DNA of 64,000 nt from Podarcis vaucheri (GCA_965113315.1 OZ220364.1), one strand, 5' to 3'; positions 25,551 through 39,141 are shown, counted from the stretch's first letter. Notes: a model not told the origin generated them from the letters alone. Program-made: numbers and translations.

Positions 25551-28159
25551 AGTTTTTTTTATAGTGGGAGTAGATTGCAGTCTCTTGGAAATTGGATGTG
25601 CCTGCTATAGAGGAAACCTGTGTGGTGCAGTGGCTATTGTGGTGGACTGGGACAGGAGAGACCAGGGTTCAAATCCCCTCTCAGCCATGAAGCTCCCTGG
25701 TTTACTTTGGACCAGTCACTGTCTTTCAGCCTCTACCTTACAGGGTCATTGTGAGGATATAATAGGAAGGGGACGGATGGATAATAAATGCCACTTTGAA
25801 CAGCTTGGAGGAAAGATGAGTCACTAATGTATTAGTAATGGTGCTGATAGAGGAGTGCTGTTAAGCTTACTCATAGTAAATCATAGCAAATGTTTTGAAG
25901 TTAGACTGTCCTCTTAAACTGACTTTGCACAAACATTGCTTTCTATATTGTCAAGAAACAAGTGCTGTCTGCTTGAAGAAGAATCCTCTTTAAATGTAAA
26001 TGCTTGCGCAAAAATATTCAAGTAATGATAATAAGAAGGAGTTCTGACTTTTGTCTCTTTGGCTCACACCAAAATAAGGAACATTTTGCTGGGCTACTGA
26101 AACCTAAATAGGCCTCTGGCTAATGATTAATGACCCAGCAGAATGGAAGCAACCTCAACAAACCAAGACGAGGTGCCGGGCAAAAAGCTTTCCATCACCA
26201 CTGCAGTAACTTAGAAGGCACTTCAGTTTTTTTACAAGAGCTCTCTCCTGATCATCACCGCGTTTTGCTCTTGAGAGCCCACAACTTGATTATAGAGCTG
26301 CCATGGCCACAGCAGCCAGAAACTGATGGGTTTGGTTAGCAGAAGCTGGTCATATTACACAATTCCAAGGAAACCTCTCAGCAGAGGGTGAAATACCACA
26401 GGACACAGCAAAGTTGGAACAAATCGCTCATTGTCTAGGCTAAATGGGGGCCAAGCCACAATCCTCACTCCTTCCCATAACCCAGAAATTAAACTAAAAA
26501 TCCTAACAGCGGCCAGGGCTGTTTGAAGTGGGAAGGGGACACTCAAAGCAGCTGAAGACTGCCCCCTTATGGGCAGCAGCAGCATTTGAGCATAACACGC
26601 TGCCATTTCAAATGTTTTAATTTTTCATGCTTGCAGACGCTTTCACAAATCATCTCCCCGAAGGGATTTATTAAAAGCACAGACATCCCATAAGCATGGA
26701 AACTGCACACATCCTTGTGCAGTTGATGGGTGACAAATGAATACACAGCTGCTTTTCTGTATGTACTTGGAATAGGCAAGTGCATTTGCCACACATGATG
26801 AACTATATGGAAGATTCGGTTTCCTATACGGAGTTCACATTCCCAGAGGAAGTGTCTCATAAAACTGATTGGCATACTAGCTTGTAAGTGTATCCATCTG
26901 TCAGACTGACATGACGAAGATGAACCATAGGAAACAACACATAATACTGGAAGCAGTTCTAAGTTAGCATGCTGCTTACTGTCATAATGTGATACCAAGT
27001 CTAAGGAACCCTTACTGGAATAGGTCAGATGCTGCTCTAGGAACCCTAATGATTAAGGTGTGAGATACAATAGAAAGAGAGTTTGGAATTAAATTCCTAT
27101 TTGTCAAGATCCAGGAATATGTGTGGTTTCATTGTGTGAAAGCAACTAGTGGCGGGAATTTACCAAATGAATGGCCAAAGGGCACTCTGGTCCACAGGCT
27201 TGCATTGAATGTAGCTTTCAAGTCACAATTTATTACTTCCGGCCTTTCAGAATTTTAGTTAATCATTAGCACTGGCTTGGTTAGTTTCAAGATATCGAAC
27301 TGCTACCCTCTGGTTCATTTATAGGAGCAGCTTTGACAGACAGATGCTCTATAGGTGTCTCCAGATTTAGCATCTTCTGTGATGTAATCAGTCATAGGAA
27401 TTAAATAATCCAGCATAAATACTTATCAGCGCAAAAACAAAAGAAGTGGTAGAGTCTACACTGCTGCAGCTTATCTGATACATTACACTTCCTGGCCTGA
27501 GAACACAGCAGTTCCAATTACCCACTACCCTCACAGCTAAAAACATGAACATCTGATGAATTGCAGGTCTTAACTTTCATTGTCAATGTTAACTTCTACC
27601 CCTCTCTCTTAGGCTCTTAGTAGGCACCTAAAATATTTGTGTGTGTATCAAACATCCATTCCTCATAGTTTTAACATGACTCATTATTTTTCTCTTCCCA
27701 TTTCAAAATCACAATTTCAGAGTACATAGTTGAAACCCTTATTTAAAATTGTTAAGGCCTTTTGTTTAAGTACTGACGAATTTCTATCTAGCTGTATTTC
27801 AGCATTTCATGGTTTTCAATTTCAGTATGTCTACAGAGATATTTACTGCCATTTTATGGATGTAATGGGCCCATCATTGATATAATAGTATTTATTGATT
27901 TTCACCATACCTACTCTTATTCGGATTCTAATGGTACAAACTATTGTACACTACCATGAATAAAGTGTTGAATTTGTCCACATATTACAATTCCAAGCAA
28001 TTACCTTCTACAGCAGTAGATTGAAAGACCTTGGAACCAGATAATCTCTTTGAATTCCATCAATAATAAGATTGCCTCCATATTTCAACAGATCATATTG
28101 ATTATATTGCATATAATATGTGCCTAAGAACTTCCAGAAGGGTATCTGCCTGTTGCAAC

Positions 28160-28230
28160 AGACACAAAGAATCCTGTGGCATCTTAAAGACTAACAAATT
28201 TATTGTGACATAAGCTTTTGTAGACTACTA
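28160..28230 (-). mobile_element. Older Penelope-like pLTR relic; further relics near 1640-1730 and 14600-14690
   Basis: tgtggcatcttaaagactaacaaatttattgtgacataagctttt resembles the 9597 family; the ribozyme core is degraded. Confidence 0.55.
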
Positions 28231-29378
28231 GACTCTAATCTACATACTTGTCACATAACTCTTTTTACCGTATACCTACCATTACATCCTACAGACAAGT
28301 TTGGATCAAACAGACATATATCTATGAACTGTTTAGGTTGACAAGTTACTTTATTTTGGGTGGTGGGACTCAGTTTTCTGCAAACCACTGAGAGCAACTG
28401 CAGACTGCAGCAATCAACAAGTGATAGCCAAGGTTTGTAAATGGACTTCAATTAATCAATGTTTTGGTACAATCAATTGACAATAATTACTTTCTATAGA
28501 AAATCATTCCAACTGAGATCAGTAATTAGTTACTCCAAGTCAGGGAAGGAAAATTGTTTGGCCCTCATTTTTAAGCAAACTGACCTAATTTGCACCTCAC
28601 AAACAAATACACTTATTGGAACATAATAATCCCTTCAAATTTCCCATTTCTCTGGGATACAGTTCTCAACTCAAGAAATGTACTAAAATGTGTAAAAAAA
28701 AAATATTTAAGAGTAAATACATTCAGAAATGTGTACATTGAGATAAAAACATTTTTAAATGAATTTTTGGAGTTAAAGTCACAGATGTGCAGATTTAGAA
28801 TGGGTTTATGGGTGAAAAATTGAGACACCAGAAATAAGATTGATTTGTCCATCAGTACTCCAAATGGAATGACTGTAGGTGGACATTTGTATTTGGAATG
28901 AGAGTAGCAGCAGCTGCACTTGGCTTTGCAGCCTTATGCAAGGGCAGCACAGTTGTGTAAAGCTTGATAAGGAGATAAGCTTAAATTTGCAGAGATGCTG
29001 TAGGAGGACTAAGCTACCGCTGGCTGCTCTATTTACAAACTGAGTTCTAAGCATAACTCAATGGCTTGAACTTAAGCTCCAAAACAGTCAAGAGACAATG
29101 TTAGAAAAATCAGTTCATAGTCTGAAATGCATTTAGGCCACAAGCCACAAAACTAACCATTTAAGAATGCTGGTTTTCAGAAAAATAAGGTCAAGCATTA
29201 GGCAAGATTAGCAGGGTGCCTTAAGGTAGCTTGCTTAGCAGAGCAGCACAAAGAGAGAAGAGATTTACTTTCATTTAGAATCAAAAGGGCCTACCAGTTC
29301 CTTCATTTTAACGGGTGATGATCCACTACCAATTGACAATCAGAAACAGAAAGTAAAGTTCTGGGACTTACAAATAAT

Positions 29379-29384
29379 TTTATT
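29379..29384 (-). terminator. Candidate TUSC2 distal polyadenylation signal (3' UTR about 3.3 kb)
   Basis: AATAAA on the minus strand followed by U/GU-rich actttactttctgtttctg. The stretch 29.4-32.6 kb is nearly free of young transposable elements, as expected for a UTR. Confidence 0.6.
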
Positions 29385-31524
29385 GAAATTTAACAAAATT
29401 CAACAAATGCACTTCAAGGCAGAGAAACAAACCATAAATATTTTACACATTTGCCTTCAGGGTTCCTATCCGTATGCTATAGGAGCAGGAAGTGTAGTGC
29501 TAGTGGGTTCGGGTCTTCTACACAACCACATATGCACAGAAGAGTAATAAAAAAGGAAATAGAACTTTTTGCTTGTTCCAACAATAGTGATAATATATAT
29601 ATATTTTATTTACACCAACTTTCACATTATCAGCATCCTGTATAAAGCCGTCTTCCCCGAGCCTGACAACAGCTGCCACTCTCAAGAGAAATGGGGCTGC
29701 CAGAAAGCACAATGAGAGGGACAGGATCGGTAGGATTATAAAATCCAGGAAGTCTTAACAGCACAGCTACAGTCTCAGTGGGCAATCCAGCCTTTTAGAG
29801 AAATGGATTGAAAGCAGCTGCCGGTAGCTCCAGGGAGTCTGCTACATCTTAGGAGAAATTTCAAGCTAGGCAGAAATGAAGCTTTCTCTGGGTACAGGCT
29901 CCATTTAGGTTCCAGTAGGAGGGAGGTCCCCAGCAGGATGGATATAAGCACTAGAAGTGGCGGGGGAAATGAAAGCCAACATTGCACAGTTCTTTTCTGA
30001 CCACAGGGTATTTGCTTGCTCAAAACCAAGACAGCTAGTGAAATAACATAAATTGGGTATTTTAGGAAATTGCAAAGGGTGTCACCACTGAGCCTTTCAC
30101 TCCCAGTATCTCATGACTATCAAGTCCCATGTAACAGAGAAAAATCTCTATATAACAGAGAAAACTCTCTAGTATGAAGATGCAACAAACAACCCTCACA
30201 TACAGCAAAGTGCTTCTTCTGAACTAGCTGTGGGGCAAAACTTCTAAACAGCAGGCTTGATATCTGTTGTCAACTATACTGTTCAAGAATAAGGAAGTCT
30301 CCTCCCACTGATTTCAGCCTGCAACTCATAAAGCACAATAATGCAGAGGCAGAGCTTTGCTTTCCAATGAGTGTTGCAAACACACCTCCACCCCCGGGAT
30401 GCTCTTGTTTTGGTAGTGGACACTCCCTTCCCCAATGAAGGATAAAGATGCCAGCTTCCCATCATTACCCAAATGAGATTCAACCAAAAGGTAAGTGACA
30501 CGTGAAGATGGAGGATGGAAATATGACACGGGGCCAATGCCAACAGCTTATGCTCTTACCCTTTTATGGTTAACGGTATAGTTCTACACCTGTATAGTAA
30601 TACACAAGTTCTGCATGGAAGAGCAGCTGCAACTCAGGAAGCCACCGTGCACTAAGGAACAATCCTAACATACAACCTTCGACATACAGTTGAAAGGGCG
30701 ACAGCGAGGCAAATGTGACAGTCGCTGAATAGAGAGCTCAGTCAACATTGCCACTTAAACTCCACCCTGTTTCTAACCTGGTTTGTAGTGCTTAAAAAGG
30801 ATTCCCATGTAGGTGCAGAGATGACACAAACTTATTGATGCTGCTGGCAGGCACAGCTTTGCACCAGCAAATTTAAACTAAACATTGAGGTAGCAAATGC
30901 CTGAAGTGCTCAGAAAGGCAATGACATGCTCCGGGAAGGAAAATATGCTGTGCAATGAACCAACTCTTGCAGCTAACTCGCCCACAATTCGGTTTTAAAG
31001 CTTTATATAAATTCTGAGAGTTGGCAGAAAAGGCAGGCATTGCATATGAAACCGTCTTCAAAAGATAAAGAGTGCCTCTGACAGGGTTTTGCCTGTTCAG
31101 TTTTCAGCAGCAGGTAGCTCTAAATCTTAGAAGCAAAAACTTGGGAAGGAGAGGCAGGTGTACCACTTCAGCACATATAGCAGCTACCAGTGGTACTCAA
31201 GTCAAGTTTGGGAAGTGGCCCTACAAACCAAACATTTCACATTCATACATTGGAGGAAAGGGTAGAGCCCTCCCAACACACATAGCCTTCCTTTAAAGTG
31301 TGCTGCATTCTCCCATATCAGGCAATACCTGGCCCAATCCAAAGAGTCAAGGAGACTGTCAAAGGAAGATCACAGTACATTATTGTTTTGTTTTTTTTCC
31401 TTTGGAGGAAAGGAGGAGGGGAAGCATACAATCAGGTTGGTAAACATTTTGATCAAAGCAAATATAAGTAGCCTTAGTGCCAACAGCAAAACCTAAGGAT
31501 TAAAAGGACAGTGTTACCTATTTC

Positions 31525-31531
<7 letters not shown>

Positions 31532-31561
<30 letters not shown>
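31532..31561. repeat. (AG)n microsatellite in the TUSC2 3' UTR
   Basis: Direct reading. Confidence 0.95.
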
Positions 31562-31564
<3 letters not shown>

Positions 31565-32667
31565 GAAAGAGAAAAAGAAATGTCAGCAGTAAGAATGGAG
31601 TGGGGAGGGAAATGGCAATCTGCCTTGAACTCTCCACGTTTTACTCAGAGTAGACCCACTGAAATTAATTACCATGACCAATTCACCATGGTCTATTAAT
31701 TTTAATGGGAATACTCCCATGTAAAAGCCAGTTGAATACAACCCACTCACAAGATGCAGATTCACAAGAAGGAAGTCTACTTTGGAACGAAACCAGAACC
31801 TGTCGACAAACGCCTTCTAAGAGGTGGCCTGTTTGGTAAGGCTCCACAGGAAAACTGCAAGCTCAGATGCTGCTGCTGCCAACAGCCTCTACTGATGTGC
31901 CACAGCATAGGAAGAAGTCAGTGGAATTTTCCAAGCAGTGAAGTTGAAAAAGACACTGCCTGCAAAGGAAATAGTGCAACTCACTAGGAAGATATTAGAG
32001 AGAGGGGGAGCAAGGCTTGCACATCAGTCTGTTTCAATAGGGAACCCTGCCTTGGACAACTCTGTTAGGTACAGCTCTGTTATCATCCTCCACCCCTCCA
32101 AGTACAGTACAGCATTAGATTATTCAGTTATGTTACGTTGAGGAAAGGGGTGGAGAAGCACAAGCTGCTTACTGCTCACCTTTACTCTCATATACAGCAT
32201 ATAAACAGAAACTTCGTTGTCAGCATTTAAAGAATACTGATGGGGAACTCAGAAAGCAGGCCACCTGGTCAGAAAAAGGTGCAGGTCGGTTCTCCATGGT
32301 CTCAAGACACTTGGAATCTGTTGCCACCTAAGGCTGATAAAGGGATTTTACTCAATTCAGCAAGGGGGATTTTTTGGAGCAGGTCACTAAACAAGGCCAA
32401 ACATCTCACGTGACACAGGTCCTACCAACACACATTCCTAGCCAATGCTATTCCTGATTATACGATCCCATGATGCCGTCAGTGCCGTTGCCGTTGCCGC
32501 CTCATCCTAGCAGACAAGCTTCAAAGCTAACCATGCGTCTGTGCTCTTGATCCATCACTCTGAAGGGAGACGTGGCTGCCTAGCTTGGTTTACGTGAGGT
32601 ACAGTAAAACTGGGCAAGTAAGGTGCCTTGATAGCACACACTGACAGTTCACACTGCCCTCCATGGC

Positions 32668-32733
32668 TCAGACCTCACAGATGATAACAGGGAAGTCCAC
32701 ATGTATCCGAGGGTGCTCCAGTTTCACTATGCC
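32668..32733 (-). CDS. TUSC2: TUSC2 coding exon 3 (stop)
   Basis: GIVKLEHPRIHVDFPVIICEV*; acceptor ctttacag|GGC. Total length of 110 aa equals human TUSC2. Confidence 0.96.
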   Translation of the reverse strand, partial: GIVKLEHPRIHVDFPVIICEV

Positions 32734-32989
32734 CTGTAAAGAGAAAGATGCAACAAGGATGAGATAATGCCACTTGGAAATCAGGCCAAAAATGATGTGG
32801 AATAAAGGGACATGGTGCCAGTCGAGTTAATACAGTTCCTTGCTTAATGACTTCTGGCCCAAAAGCCATACCAAAGCAACTGGGCTATTTGTGTTAGGTC
32901 ATGGGTATGAACTCTACCTAGAAACTAGACAGGAACAAATTGAGATAAAGGATCAGAAAACTGCATGAGCTGGAAATGTACGGCCAGTT

Positions 32990-33235
32990 ATTTCAATACC
33001 TCAAGGACCGTCTCCCTCCATATGAACTGACCTGGACCCTGCAATCATCACCTGAGGTTTTCTTTGTGTGCTCCCTTCACAAGGGGTTCAGAGGGCAGCA
33101 ACATGAGAATGCAGCCTTTTCTGCAGTGGCTCCCCATTTTTGGAATGCTCTCCCTGGGAAGGTTCGCCTGGCACCTTCAATACATATCTTCAGTCGCCAG
33201 GCAAAAACATTTCTCTTTAAGCAGGCCTTTGGCCA
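32990..33235 (+). mobile_element. L2 LINE ORF2 C-terminal fragment in TUSC2 intron 2
   Basis: YLKDRLPPYE...AFSAVAPHFWNALPGKVRLAPS...FSRQAKTFLFKQAF, the characteristic L2 ORF2 end. Confidence 0.85.
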
Positions 33236-34687
33236 ATCAAACATTCTATGGCCTTTTAAATGTGTTTGTGAGAAGGAAGTTAATGTTTTTTGCTTTATTA
33301 GGTATTTATGTTCAACTCTTGCCCACCATGCCATTTTCCAATGGAACCTCCTTTCCACTGCAAAGTTATTAGGTCCCTATATAGGATTTGTCCTGTAGGT
33401 TAAATAGCAGCTGGGGAGGGGGGAAGAGGAGAGATTTGAACAGAAAAGCATTCAGGGGAGTTTTTTTTTTAATATCCCCCCTTCTCAGAATCATGGCATT
33501 TACTCAATTTAACCTGCCACCAATCATCTTTCATGCTGCCATCTACTTTGGCCTTAAGTAATTCAGATGTTTTCCATTCTTGCTGAATGCTAATGGAATG
33601 GAATGGAGAAAGTCGCCAAGCTTCCAATGGACTAGAAATTAAACTCATCTGATTAAAGCAAGGCTAATAAGTGAGTTTATATGAATTTGGCCAAGTGAAA
33701 AAACTTGGATAATCATCTTGGATTAACAAATGGAGATGCTAACAAGCTTCATATATCTGCCTTGTCCCTCTATATGCACAAGCAGACAAACAAGCCAAGA
33801 AGCTGCAGTAAACCATAGCTTACAGATAGGTCAGGAGATGAAGGTTTAAAGTTGGCTTCACTGGAAACCATTAATCAACACTTCCCAGTTTGGACATTTA
33901 ACAGGAAGCTATGTTTAACAATGGCCTGCTGGCTTGTTTGCCTCCTTGCATGAAGGAGGAACAAAGCAGATTTGTGCAAACATGCAAACGCTTGTTCATA
34001 TCTCAGTTTATTAAGTCAAGATGTGGTAATCTAGGACACGCTGGCTGCATTCAGATTCTTCCAACAATAAATTGATTGGAAGGTATGCTACCTCCAAGTA
34101 CTGCCTCATAAAACTAACTGGTCATGCATTAGTGGTATTTGACAAACTTGGTCCAGTACTTCTCAAGAGAATTATACGCCACAAGCAATATTGAGAGCCA
34201 CAGCGCAGAAGTGAAAATATTTCATCACTACTTTTACTTGAAAAATGGCAAATGCAAGATGTTATGGAAGCCTCTAGAAGTCCATAATATAAAGGCATTA
34301 GCAAAGAACACCCCCCCCCCCAAGATGCTTATAGAAACAGTAGCCACAGGAAGGTTTTTATAGTTAATGGCTATAAATAGCACCAGATAACCAGACTTGT
34401 ATTTTCAACTGAACTATATGCATACCCAACAACGTTCCCTGGTGTGCTAGCTACAAGACAGAATCAAGCTGCTCAATGGGTCCACAATCAGGATGGATAG
34501 AAGAGTAACCTTTTGTCAAGGCAAAATCAAACCCAGGTTATGACAGCCATAACTGACCCTCCACACTTCCCATACTTGGGTACATCTACAGTGAAGGTTT
34601 TACACTTACTGCTTTACAGTTACCTTTTTCCTTATCTTCGGGATTGTAGTGCTCAACAAAAGGTGTCAGAAGTTCTTGAGATAGGCA

Positions 34688-34822
34688 CAGAATCATAGAA
34701 CTGAAGAGTTGGAAGGGACCCCGAGGGTCATCTAGTCCAACCCCCTGCAATGCAGGAATCTCAACTAAAGCATCCAAGACAGATGACCATCCAATTTCTG
34801 CTTAAAAGCCTCCAAGGAAGCA
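34688..34822 (-). mobile_element. CR1 LINE 3' end
   Basis: agaatcatagaa...gagttggaagggacc...ggtcatctagtccaacccc is the reverse complement of the CR1 tail. Confidence 0.85.
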
Positions 34823-36246
34823 GTGTCCACATACAGGACAGACAACAGAAGAACAAGCCTTCTTTATCCTTCTCTTCTCAAGTGCTGGATCATCATTAAG
34901 AGTTCCATTCAAGTGAGCCCAGAACCAACAGAACTTTACACATCATGTTTCCAGCATGAAATTCTACCATATACCAACCAGTGGCATCTACAATTTTACC
35001 AAGTCATCACAAGCCATATTACTTTCTGACTAAAATTTGAGGCAGCACTGCCTTGCCTTCTCTGTAATGATAGGGAACCTTGTGACTCCCAAGAATCTGA
35101 ATTTTTGTTGTTGATGCAAAACACTGTCCATTACAACTGCAGCTTTCTTATCCACTAGTAGCTGTTATTTTCTCCTCTGCTCATTTACACAGCTATAGTC
35201 ACCAGTATTTTGCACTGGTTTTAACCAGAAGCAGTTCCACAAGCCTCCCAACACATCAGTTCATATTCAGTAAGGCTTGCCTTTTTAGCCTCCTCTCATT
35301 CTCACGGTAAACTTTACCCATGATTTCAGCAAGGGCTGAGACTCAATGAGCTACTTTAGACATACCCAATGAAATGTTTGATTTTTCCTCTTCCAACACC
35401 AGATACTCCCTCAAGCCATTTGAAACACAAATTCAAACTCTTGGGACCACAGTGCACAGTTCCATGGATCTAGGCCATGTGTGTTTACTACTATGAAGGG
35501 ATCTTACAAGAACAACATTCGTACCTAACAGCAGTATTAATATTTATTTGGGCCACCTACACAGGTGTGGATGTACAGTAATTCATCCTAAGAATTAGTG
35601 CCCCAAGGTTGTGGAACCGCTTCCCTAAGGAAGAATGGCGCTGCTCTCTCTTCTCCTAAATCCAGACAGGGTACAAATTTCACCTATGTTGCAAATCATA
35701 TGCCTGCTAATTTATGCTATGATATATAATATTATTAAAAACCCGGATTGCTTTGTCTTAAATTATTTTGGTTCAATATGATTAATGTATTTGATCTAAG
35801 CTGCCATGAGGTTGCAAAAAAGCAGGATAAAATCATTTCAAACAATAATGAAATATTTATTATGTTCCCATCATTCATTACGAAATCCTCAATAACCCAA
35901 TATAGAATGTTATGAAAGTGCTCATATTTACTACAATCCAGTTCCAGAAATGAGGCATCTGGGTCTTTTATCACTAGCTCAAAAGAGAGAAATTCAAAGT
36001 GGCTGATGTTCTTTCAAGAATGTGACAGTTGCTGAATACAAGAACTTGAACAAGCGTTTTAAAATTAGGTTGTTTTGTCACCATTAAAAAAAATAATCCC
36101 AGGGAAGGTTGACAAAGACTCCTAGAACTGCATCTGTAGTGATTTCAAGATGGTCAATACAGAAGCAACCATTGTTGCTGGACAAGATGAAGGCTGGTAC
36201 TTAGTGTCCCCACAAACAATCAAATCCAGTATTCCAGAAGACAATA

Positions 36247-36461
36247 CAGTGGTACCTCGGGTTAAAAACTTAATTCATTCTGGAGGTCCGTTCTCAACCT
36301 GAAACTGTTCTTAACCTGAGGTACCACTTTAGCTAATGGGGCCTCCTGCTGCCACTGTGCAATTTCTGTTCTCATCCTGAAGCAAAGTTCTTAACCCGAG
36401 GTACTATTTCTGGGTTAGTGGAGTCTGTAAGCTGAAGCGTCTGTAACCCGAGGTACTACTG
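36247..36461. mobile_element. Tc1/mariner MITE (cagtggtacctc family) in TUSC2 intron 2
   Basis: TIR cagtggtacctcgggtta / taacccgaggtactactg with TA flanks. Confidence 0.92.
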
Positions 36462-36721
36462 TACTATAAAGTTGGCAAGGTAGAAAACCACTTCTATGAA
36501 AATTCAAAGGAATCACATGGGAATGACCAACGTGTGGGCCTCCAGATCTCTACCATCATGCCTGACCACTGGCTGGGGTTGATGGGAATCCAGAAATAGC
36601 TGGAAGGCAGCAGGTTAGCTACCCTTGGTATAAACTCAGAGACTCTCTTGTTGCTCAGTATCCTCAAGTGTTAGCTTGAAACCACTTTGCAACAGCTCCC
36701 TTTTACTTCTGATTGTGTTAC

Positions 36722-36842
36722 CTGAGGTATCAGGTTCTTGTGGATTCTTTTCAGCTTGGCACGCTTTCTCCCATTTTTGGTGACTATTGTCTCCTCATAA
36801 AACTCATGGGCAAGGTCACCATCCTCATCGTAATACATAGAG
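36722..36842 (-). CDS. TUSC2: TUSC2 coding exon 2
   Basis: SMYYDEDGDLAHEFYEETIVTKNGRKRAKLKRIHKNLIPQ. Acceptor ttcgcag|C, donor CAG|gtaac; 121 nt (1 + 40 codons). Confidence 0.97.
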
Positions 36843-39141
36843 CTGCGAAGAAATGAAAGACATTTAGAAAAAGCTTCAGACAGAAGAAGCAAAAGCAGCT
36901 GCTTTTCAAATCTGCGGCTGAGAGCTAGTAGCAAGCCAGCTAGCTGGCAGCTGTTGCTGCCACCCATTTGCTTAGCTCCTCATCCCTTGCACTACAGTAA
37001 GGAGAAGGTTAATTGTGAGGGGAAATTCTGCACGACGGTTGTCTAAAAGGAGCAGAAACCATACTACTACTAATCAACCTACTCTCCCAACCAGTATTAC
37101 CACAGGTTGCCCACCCTTGCACTAATAGTTTACACAGAACAAATGAACTTTTTCACAAAACTCACAGTGAACGCAGTCCCATCAAACAGATGGCAATTCT
37201 TGAGATCATATTCCATCCCAGTAATAACATAAAAAGCTGTGTTCTATCAAGTAAGACCATCTAGCTCAATATTATCTACAATGACGGGCATCAACTTTCC
37301 AAGGCTTCTGGTAGAGATCTTCCCCAGCCCTACCTGGAGATCTTAGGAATTGACTCTGGGTCCTTCTGTATGCAAAACAGATGCTCTAACACAGTAACAT
37401 TTTAAGGCATGTGCAGACACATATTGAAGACTACCTTACAAACCTGATTAATTTTTGCCAAGAGTAAAAAGAGAAACACTTGGTGGAACAATTGAAGTGA
37501 CAAGATGTCAGATTCTCCTCAGGGAGACAGCATTTGATTTAAAACAAGTTTATATCATGGCAAAACCAAAGCGTAGAAAAGTGTCATGGTTGCATTTAAG
37601 CAGAATGGGCATTTAACTAGAATTAATCATAATTAACCATGATGATTGATTTCTTAACATATTTATTGGAGGTAAGATGCTGACAGAATTGGATAACCAC
37701 TTCTGCCACATAAATGCCAACAGCTCCTGACCAGCAACAGAATGGTTAAAACGGTATTTCTGCCACTTTTAAACAACTGCCCAAAGCTTACGAAACTGGA
37801 ATTCTGTCAAGTCTAAATTTGAACATTCCTCACTAACATACTCAACTGCTTCAGCAAAGCAGTGTTCAGAATTCAGTAACTTTTTCATTTCTTTGCTGTA
37901 TTGCCACATTCATAGCAGACTGTATGAAAATCCACAGGAATTCTCAGGATACTTTTTTTGGGGGGGAGGGAGGAATGAGAAAATAGAAAATAGCAAAAAT
38001 GTGCAACTCAAAATGAAAATGACACCTTTGTTTCCGTGATATAGAAATTTTGCAGCCAGTCTGCCAACAAAGGCATTTGATTCAACATCTGGCCAGTTGC
38101 CTAGCTAGAATGGAAATACAGATGCCAGTCATTACTTTGGAAGAAGGCAGGCATTCTGGCACAGCTGAAAATTTACTAATTTAAGAGCTGGCAAGGGAAC
38201 AAGAGTGCAAAAGGACCTAATGGAGGCACTATTTCCCAGCCACTAGAATGCGCTTGTCACATTTCTTGCTATGCTAGTGACTTTACAAGCTCGGAATAAA
38301 TCTAGGCTTATCCCCACAAACTGGTCCAAAAAACTTTTTAAATTTCTCAAAAAACACCTAGGTGGTTTTACAGAATGGTTTGTTGTTGCCAAATACTTCA
38401 GGCTGCAATTCAACATCTACATAAAAACAGTATGAGGTGAGCTTTGGAGCAAAGAGGTGCTATAAAGCAAATGTCAGGCAACAAGGAAAACAGCGTTAGA
38501 CAGTCTTATCTAAATCCAGGAGGCATGCACAAGGAGATACTATTACCTGGAAGCCAATATTCAGTAGCTGAACATTGCCCCTACCTCCATGAAACCTCTT
38601 TGCACCATGATGGCGCGCAGAAAACAAAATCTCGCCCTTTGCCTGGCAAACTCTTCGGTCACCACAACCTTAGAGAGACCAGCTGAAGGCCGGCAGAGCC
38701 CTTTAACTACCGAACTTGCAACATGCGCCCACGAGGCTTTCTGCAACGGGGAGGGAGAGATCGAGGAGGAAGACTCCGGACACCACTGCGGGTGGGGGGA
38801 GCTGCAAGCGGCACATGTTAGGGACCCAGGGGCGCAAGGGAGGCTTCAGAAAGCGGCCCCAGAAGCGCCAGGCGGAGCCTCTCCCGCGGGAAAGAAAAAC
38901 CCGCTTTCCCTGGCATAAGGTCAGCGCCGCATCTCCGTCCACTGGATGAGGCGGACGCAAGGGGAAGGAAGCAGCCTGGCCAGTCCCTGCATCGCACCGG
39001 GGTCAGGGGTTAGGAAAGTGGACGAGCACCGGGGAGGGTTGAGATGGAGCCCCGCCGCCGCCGCCTCTGCAAGGTCTACGACCAGGTCAGGGCGGCCTCC
39101 CTCCCTCGCTTTCCCGCGGCAGCAGCCGGCTTTGCTCTTAC

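Larger units (their letters stand above)
25055..25604. mobile_element. hAT-type MITE (outer layer of a nested insertion)
   Basis: 8-bp TSD ctatagag at 25047-25054 and 25605-25612; decayed TIRs cagggatgtccaa / ttggatgtgcctg. Confidence 0.8.

Noticed and set aside
10432-27623. Scattered AP-1 heptamers (TGAGTCA/TGACTCA)
   Set aside because: Not clustered and only modestly above chance expectation for 7-mers.
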